Virus record (IMG/VR): IMGVR_UViG_2904156775_000002
Span: 1 to 64,000 of that record
From: a virus
Taxonomy: Duplodnaviria > Caudoviricetes
Direction: 5' to 3' (one strand)
DNA length: 64,000 nt
Made by a program: the position numbers and the translations under genes. Shown piece after piece: positions 59,412 through 64,000 of this stretch (positions are counted from its first letter, which is position 1; each line of letters begins with the position of its first letter). The notes beneath the pieces were generated by a model, which had not been told where the DNA came from, searched no databases, and worked only from the letters and a program-made list of their open reading frames with translations.

Positions 59412-60728
59412 TTATTTTATCTGCATGTGTCCCCATTGAATATCGGGGTACTGGGGAGTATAGGATACAAAGCCTGCCGCTCCTTCATTAGCTGTATTAT
59501 CGAGCACCATTGCGGTATACAGAGCTTCCTGAAGTGCCCGCTCCAGATGCATACAGATTCGATTAAGCTTAGAGTACCAAGGAAGAAGCAGCGTTTTCAG
59601 CGCATCGCCATCTGTGGCCGCATGATTACCAAGAAATTTGCTATACAACCATTCAGGAAAATCTGATTGCATAAATAGGAGTGAGAGCATGGTATCCAGT
59701 TCTTCAAAAGCGTCCTTCAGCTGTGATTCCCACTTCATATACCCTGGCAAGGGATCATCCTTGCCAACTGGAATATATTTACTGGAAATCCGAAGCTCTT
59801 TGGTCCCTATACCGTCCTCCAGATCGTTTGGTCCGTAGGCTATTGGATCTGCATGTTTCCATAAGATGTAGTCGATATGGGATAATCGGTCATGTATGGC
59901 TGCTAATATAGACTCCGACTTCTCAATGCCGCCAATGCCTCTCCAATCATCATCTACTGTTTTGTAAGGAATGTGAAAAACCAGCAGCCCATCTGCTCCA
60001 GTAGGAACGATATCCTCTTCCCTGCCTGTCGGCACTTGCTCAGTTATAGAGTAAACAGGCCTGCTTACACCATAGCTATCCTCTTTCCCGATTAGTTCCA
60101 GCTTGAATTTTTCATACTGAATATAACCTGGTAGATGACGTTCAACGTGCAAGTAATTGACTTGCTCATTACCGGAACCTACTGATTCTATGCATGTGAG
60201 ATTTATAGCTCTGAACCTGTTCTTGTTACGCTGTCCCCCTTCAGGATAAACTGAAGACGCTTGGGCAATTTCCATAATGGCATCTGCCTTTGTGTTAGGT
60301 TGAGCCAACGCTTCCTCTACTAGGCCTCCTAGTTCCTCAGTTACACCATAACTAATCTTGAGCCAGGAGTCGCCGCGAATGCCGCTTCCGGTTACCAGTT
60401 CATGAATAAGCCGCTTCAAATGATTCTTTCGTATCATTCGGTCTAGAGCAGTTTGTGCCGTTGATTCATTGACTCCCTCTACCTTGAATGATATTGTGCT
60501 TCCCGCAATCATATCCGCTGGCTTTGAGATTAAGGTATCCATTACATTTATGGCTACGTTCAGCTTTGCAAGCTGCGGTTCCAACGGGGTATCGCGCAGC
60601 AATTCTGAAATACGGCTGTACATGAGACGTCGGCCTTCATAAACTGCTTTGCTTCGTTCATATTTAGCAAGCCGTTCAATATCCTCAGCTGGCGGGAATA
60701 AACCGCCGACTTGAAATTTTTTTGCCAC
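59412..60728 (-). CDS. Phage portal protein (SPP1 gp6-like), apparently lacking the C-terminal region
   Basis: FPP..DIERLAKY, KPAD, RGDSW.K, HIPYK..DDDWRG, IDYIL.KH.DP..YGP; ends at YPDIQW. Confidence 0.85.
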   Translation of the reverse strand: MAKKFQVGGLFPPAEDIERLAKYERSKAVYEGRRLMYSRISELLRDTPLEPQLAKLNVAINVMDTLISKPADMIAGSTISFKVEGVNESTAQTALDRMIRKNHLKRLIHELVTGSGIRGDSWLKISYGVTEELGGLVEEALAQPNTKADAIMEIAQASSVYPEGGQRNKNRFRAINLTCIESVGSGNEQVNYLHVERHLPGYIQYEKFKLELIGKEDSYGVSRPVYSITEQVPTGREEDIVPTGADGLLVFHIPYKTVDDDWRGIGGIEKSESILAAIHDRLSHIDYILWKHADPIAYGPNDLEDGIGTKELRISSKYIPVGKDDPLPGYMKWESQLKDAFEELDTMLSLLFMQSDFPEWLYSKFLGNHAATDGDALKTLLLPWYSKLNRICMHLERALQEALYTAMVLDNTANEGAAGFVSYTPQYPDIQWGHMQIK

Positions 60729-60831
60729 CTTTCTGCCTCCTGTCGTTAGGAATTCGAATTATTTCGTGAATGGGATAAATGACCTTCATAACGTATAGGT
60801 TTGAGAGCAATCAAAAAAGGGGGATGAATTA

Positions 60832-60843
60832 GAACAAATGTTC
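60832..60843. promoter_or_regulatory. LexA (Cheo) box upstream of the portal operon
   Basis: aGAACAAATGTTCt, a perfect GAAC-N4-GTTC. Confidence 0.75.
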
Positions 60844-60873
60844 TCTTTTTCTATAATTAATATAGTTATAGGG

Positions 60874-60899
60874 AAAATAAAAACGCCAACAATGGCGTT
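60874..60899 (-). terminator. Terminator after the regulatory gene pair
   Basis: AACGCCA-4 nt-TGGCGTT with a T-run on the minus strand. Confidence 0.55.
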
Positions 60900-60906
60900 C
60901 AGAGTG

Positions 60907-61302
60907 TTACTGATGCATTAACTCGAAATGCGAACGGCGTCTCTTTGTAGGCTTCCGATAATTCCGTCCGTCAGCTCCCGTTTCCTCTACTGCTTTAAGC
61001 CCTGTTTCACGGTCATGCCGCAGTTTCATTTGCCATTCACTCAGAAAGGGATATTCGTTATGTGCGATTTTATACACATCCGGATCCGACAATTCTTCTT
61101 TTAATATATAATTGCTTAACCGATTGAGCTGGTTAGAGTCAGGGGTATTTCCGGTCAGAGAAACAAAACTATCAATGAGTGCAGCAATTGTGGCAATACG
61201 CTTTTTTCTCTCAGGAGTATGGTATGCAATTATTTGCGTCACAGCATCTTCAAAGCTCGCCTCGGCAACGCCCAGTTTTGATTCCCACTCTGTTAGTATC
61301 AT
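60907..61302 (-). CDS. Hypothetical phage protein coupled to the sigma-like activator
   Basis: PD..QL.RL.NYIL.EEL.DP...K....EYPFLS..Q; ATGA overlap. Confidence 0.7.
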   Translation of the reverse strand: MILTEWESKLGVAEASFEDAVTQIIAYHTPERKKRIATIAALIDSFVSLTGNTPDSNQLNRLSNYILKEELSDPDVYKIAHNEYPFLSEWQMKLRHDRETGLKAVEETGADGRNYRKPTKRRRSHFELMHQ

Positions 61303-61688
61303 GAATGTTCCTCCCCCTCATACTCGACAATCACATGTGCATAATTCCATTGAACAAAGATTGCTGTAATACGTTCTACTCCAGCTGCGACCAGATCCTT
61401 TACGCTATCTTTGCGTATCCCCATCATCTCTGCCGCTGCTTGTTGCGTTGCATCATTTTCATATATCCAGGCGACTGCTTCTCTCTGGCGGTTCGTAAGT
61501 CCAGCTATTTGTATTGCTGTATTCAAATCGATCAGAATATCTGATGCCGACATATCGCCTCTTCCTCTACGAGCTGAGATTCTATGCTGATCACGAAGCA
61601 ATTGCTTGACTCCAGTGGAAGTATTAAGGGCATATTCTTGAGCATATCTTCTTGCGTTTTTCATCATATCCAAGTTGTTCATCCGCAT
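61299..61688 (-). CDS. Sigma-70 region-4-like HTH late-gene activator
   Basis: IDL..AI..AGLT.RQREAV..IY..D.TQ..AAE.MGI....V. Confidence 0.8.
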   Translation of the reverse strand: MRMNNLDMMKNARRYAQEYALNTSTGVKQLLRDQHRISARRGRGDMSASDILIDLNTAIQIAGLTNRQREAVAWIYENDATQQAAAEMMGIRKDSVKDLVAAGVERITAIFVQWNYAHVIVEYEGEEHS

Positions 61689-61739
61689 TTAGTTGTCCCC
61701 CGTTTTTTTTAATGATTGAACCCACCAACAATAAAAAAC

Positions 61740-61782
61740 GAACTTATGTTCTTATTTTATCTATGAAAAGTACAAGAGTCAA
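61740..61782 (-). promoter_or_regulatory. sigmaA promoter with a LexA box over the transcription start
   Basis: Minus strand TTGACT (61782-61777)-17 nt-TAAAAT (61759-61754), followed immediately by GAACATAAGTTCG (61751-61739). Confidence 0.85.
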
Positions 61783-62390
61783 CCTCTTTTATTGAATATC
61801 GCCAAGTATGTATTACTTTCTTGTACAAAAATTGTTGTACTTCACATCGATTTGTTCAGGTCAGAGTGCAAAAAAAGGATAGCTATCATGATAGCTATCC
61901 TTATCTGACACTTTTTAATTTTGATCGTAACATCCCTTGGCTCCAATCTACTTTTCCCGACCTTCTCCATTCGGAAATTCTTCAATAGGTAATAGTTCAA
62001 ATAATGTTCGATTGCTGCAAACATCTTTTCCTTGAACGTCTATACTAGTCGAGGGTATACGAGTACTTCATTTCTTCAAATATTCGAACTTCTAAATCTA
62101 TAGAATGGTTAATAAAAGGCTAAAAAATTTAGTATCCTACATCTTTAGGAATGGCATCCGGCCATGTCCACATAGAAAGATATACATATTCTTCGATGTC
62201 ATTTGAGCAGTTTCAATCATATAAATTTCTGGAAGGATAACTGTATTTACTCCATCGAGCGCGCGACAGTTGTATCATGTTTCAGCTCCCAGCCGAAATC
62301 CAAACACACCAAAACGGCGTCCGGACCTTTAATGGTTCGGACGCCGTTTCTTTTTGTCGCTTCACTCCGGCTTCGGCCGGCCGGAAGCGT

Positions 62391-64000
62391 CTATTCGTCC
62401 ATCAGCTTCATCTCAAGCAGAACTCGCTTCAGCACAACAACCGCTTCGGCGCGGGTCGCCCGGTCATTTGGCGCAAAGACGACCTCCGTTTTGCCTTGCA
62501 TAATGCCCCGCTTCACGACGTATTCGACCGCATTCCTGGCCCATACGCCGATCCGATCCCGGTCGCCGAACTTGTCGGCTGCCCCGTCCGCCGCGCCGCC
62601 GGCGCCCAGCGCATTCGCCGCCATCACCGCCATCTGCTCACGGGTGATCGTATCGTTCGGCCGGAAGCTTCCATCACCGAAGCCAGAGATTAAGCCGAGC
62701 TCCGCCGCAATCGACACTTCGCGATAGAACCAGTCCGACGCCTTCACATCACTGAAGTCCGCACTGCCGCCGATGCCGGCCCGGAGTCCCAGCGCGCGCA
62801 CTAGCAGCGCCGCAAATTCAGCGCGGGTGATGGCATCCTGCGGTGCGAAGCGATCCTCGGACTTGCCGAATACGATCCGCTTCGAGGAGAGCTGCTCAAT
62901 GCTGGCTCGCGCCCAATGCCCCTCCATGTCGGCGAACGTCTTGGCACCCTGAACCACAACATAGATGCTGTTGCCTGGGCTCATGATCGTCGCTGTCGTG
63001 CTTTCATCCTCCGAAGAGAACAGAGCCGGTACGTAGCGGAACTCCCTTGTGCCCGGATCATAGATCATGGCCGCAGATGTCGCCGGGTTCAACCTTCCGT
63101 CTACCGTAATCGTGCGTGTCATGTATGTCCGCCCGAAGCCGTTCAGCTCCTGCAGGCTGTCGCCACGCTTCAGATACAGACGGAACTGCACCGGCTCTCC
63201 CGCAAGCTCAAGCCCGGCCGCCCGCGCCTGTGACGCGATTTCATCGCGAAGCTGTGCTGTGACGCCTTCCATTTTCAAGATCAGCGTGCCATCCGCTTCT
63301 GTGCCGCCCTCCTTGACGTACGGAGCAATCAGCCTCATGAAGTCGACTGGCAGCACGTAGCTGGCTCTGCCCGACTTCGCAACGACCGATGCGTCCGGAT
63401 TTTGCACCGCCGCTGCCCGAAGTGCCGCAATCGACAGCTCCGCGACGCCTTGCGAATCGACGGACAGCTCGATGACCGGCAGCTTGCCCGCTGCGCCTTC
63501 GCTCAGCCTTCTATCATTATCAGCCGAGCTTCCCGGCAGCTCGGTCGGTCCGCCCGTTCCGGAACCTTGCCCCGGTCCCTCCGGTCTATCCGACAGCCGA
63601 TGGATCCGGAAGGCGTCTCCCGCTGCATTGTTGATTGTCCCGAACTTCGTATGGCGGATGATGACATTTTTGAAATTAATCGCGCCTTTAACCGTCGAGC
63701 CGACCTCTATGCCGGTCAGTCCGGCTCCATCGATGACCATATCCTCTACTGTCACCTTAGCGCGCTCGCTGCTTACGGATCCCAGCGTCTTGGCGCCGCC
63801 GATGGACAAGCCATGGTATGTGCTGTCGAGCGCCGTATTGTGGCGAATGATGACTTCGCTGTCAATATCGCGATCATAGGCGTATATCCAAATTGCACCT
63901 GTGCTGTAGCCCGCGCCGGGGTCGTTGCTGCCTGTGCGGATCAGCGTATTCCGCTCCACAACGAACGTGCCCTCGTACGGCGTAGGCGTGAACTTCGTCG
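62391..64000 (-). CDS. C-terminal part of a large cell-surface enzyme: beta-helix glycoside hydrolase-like domain plus three SLH domains (5'-truncated by window)
   Basis: NTLIRTGS..GAIWIYA..N...DSTY.G resembles alpha-1,3-glucanase/mycodextranase beta-helix; FAD..GHWA, ITRAEFA, ITREQMA, ATRAEA SLH repeats. Confidence 0.8.
   Translation of the reverse strand, partial: TKFTPTPYEGTFVVERNTLIRTGSNDPGAGYSTGAIWIYAYDRDIDSEVIIRHNTALDSTYHGLSIGGAKTLGSVSSERAKVTVEDMVIDGAGLTGIEVGSTVKGAINFKNVIIRHTKFGTINNAAGDAFRIHRLSDRPEGPGQGSGTGGPTELPGSSADNDRRLSEGAAGKLPVIELSVDSQGVAELSIAALRAAAVQNPDASVVAKSGRASYVLPVDFMRLIAPYVKEGGTEADGTLILKMEGVTAQLRDEIASQARAAGLELAGEPVQFRLYLKRGDSLQELNGFGRTYMTRTITVDGRLNPATSAAMIYDPGTREFRYVPALFSSEDESTTATIMSPGNSIYVVVQGAKTFADMEGHWARASIEQLSSKRIVFGKSEDRFAPQDAITRAEFAALLVRALGLRAGIGGSADFSDVKASDWFYREVSIAAELGLISGFGDGSFRPNDTITREQMAVMAANALGAGGAADGAADKFGDRDRIGVWARNAVEYVVKRGIMQGKTEVVFAPNDRATRAEAVVVLKRVLLEMKLMDE

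Larger units (their letters stand above)
46106..61790 (-). mobile_element. Element 2: capsid-less siphophage tail cluster (candidate tailocin or defective prophage)
   Basis: Activator, portal, scaffold, neck and tail genes. No recognisable terminase, major capsid, lysis or integrase gene. Confidence 0.8.

Noticed and set aside
784-61790. One complete prophage
   Set aside because: Two different tape measures and tubes on opposite strands, host genes between them, and no recognisable capsid or terminase.
61842-62390. Small ORFs right of element 2
   Set aside because: AT-rich intergenic sequence; no convincing RBS or homology pattern.
1-64000. CRISPR array, IS elements, rRNA
   Set aside because: No regularly spaced repeats, transposase motifs or rRNA-like sequence seen.

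Overview
Firmicute DNA, most likely Paenibacillus or a relative (SLH proteins, ung, gene style). The window is dominated by two convergently transcribed, capsid-less phage-tail gene clusters. Element 1 (~0.8-40.5 kb) is derived from an SPbeta-like phage. Its left arm is regulatory: an XRE regulator, a kinase-less agr-like cassette (membrane protein, AgrB, an unannotated AgrD peptide, stand-alone LytTR), a second LytTR, and an MrpR/YopR-like repressor with a YopQ/DGQHR partner. A LexA-box promoter precedes an intact YonO-type single-subunit RNA polymerase. The polymerase is followed almost directly by a non-contractile tail module: tube, chaperones, 1750-aa tape measure, split Dit, Tal ending in a gp5-like spike, PAAR-like tip, and a modular array of adhesin/receptor-binding genes. 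Holin, amidase, a recombinase Zn-ribbon protein and tRNA-Val(GAC) close the element. I recognise no terminase, portal, capsid, integrase or replication gene in it. After four host-type genes (SLH protein, ung, RCC1-repeat protein, NucB-excalibur nuclease), element 2 (46.1-61.8 kb, minus strand) is a second siphophage-type tail cluster. It has two perfect LexA boxes, a sigma-like activator, an apparently truncated portal and scaffold, a -1 frameshift chaperone and a 1171-aa tape measure, but no recognisable capsid, terminase or lysis gene. Best hypothesis: paired, domesticated SOS-inducible phage-tail-like particles (F-type tailocins), one with its own RNA polymerase and peptide quorum-sensing module. 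All family assignments are from motif recognition by eye; no searches were run.
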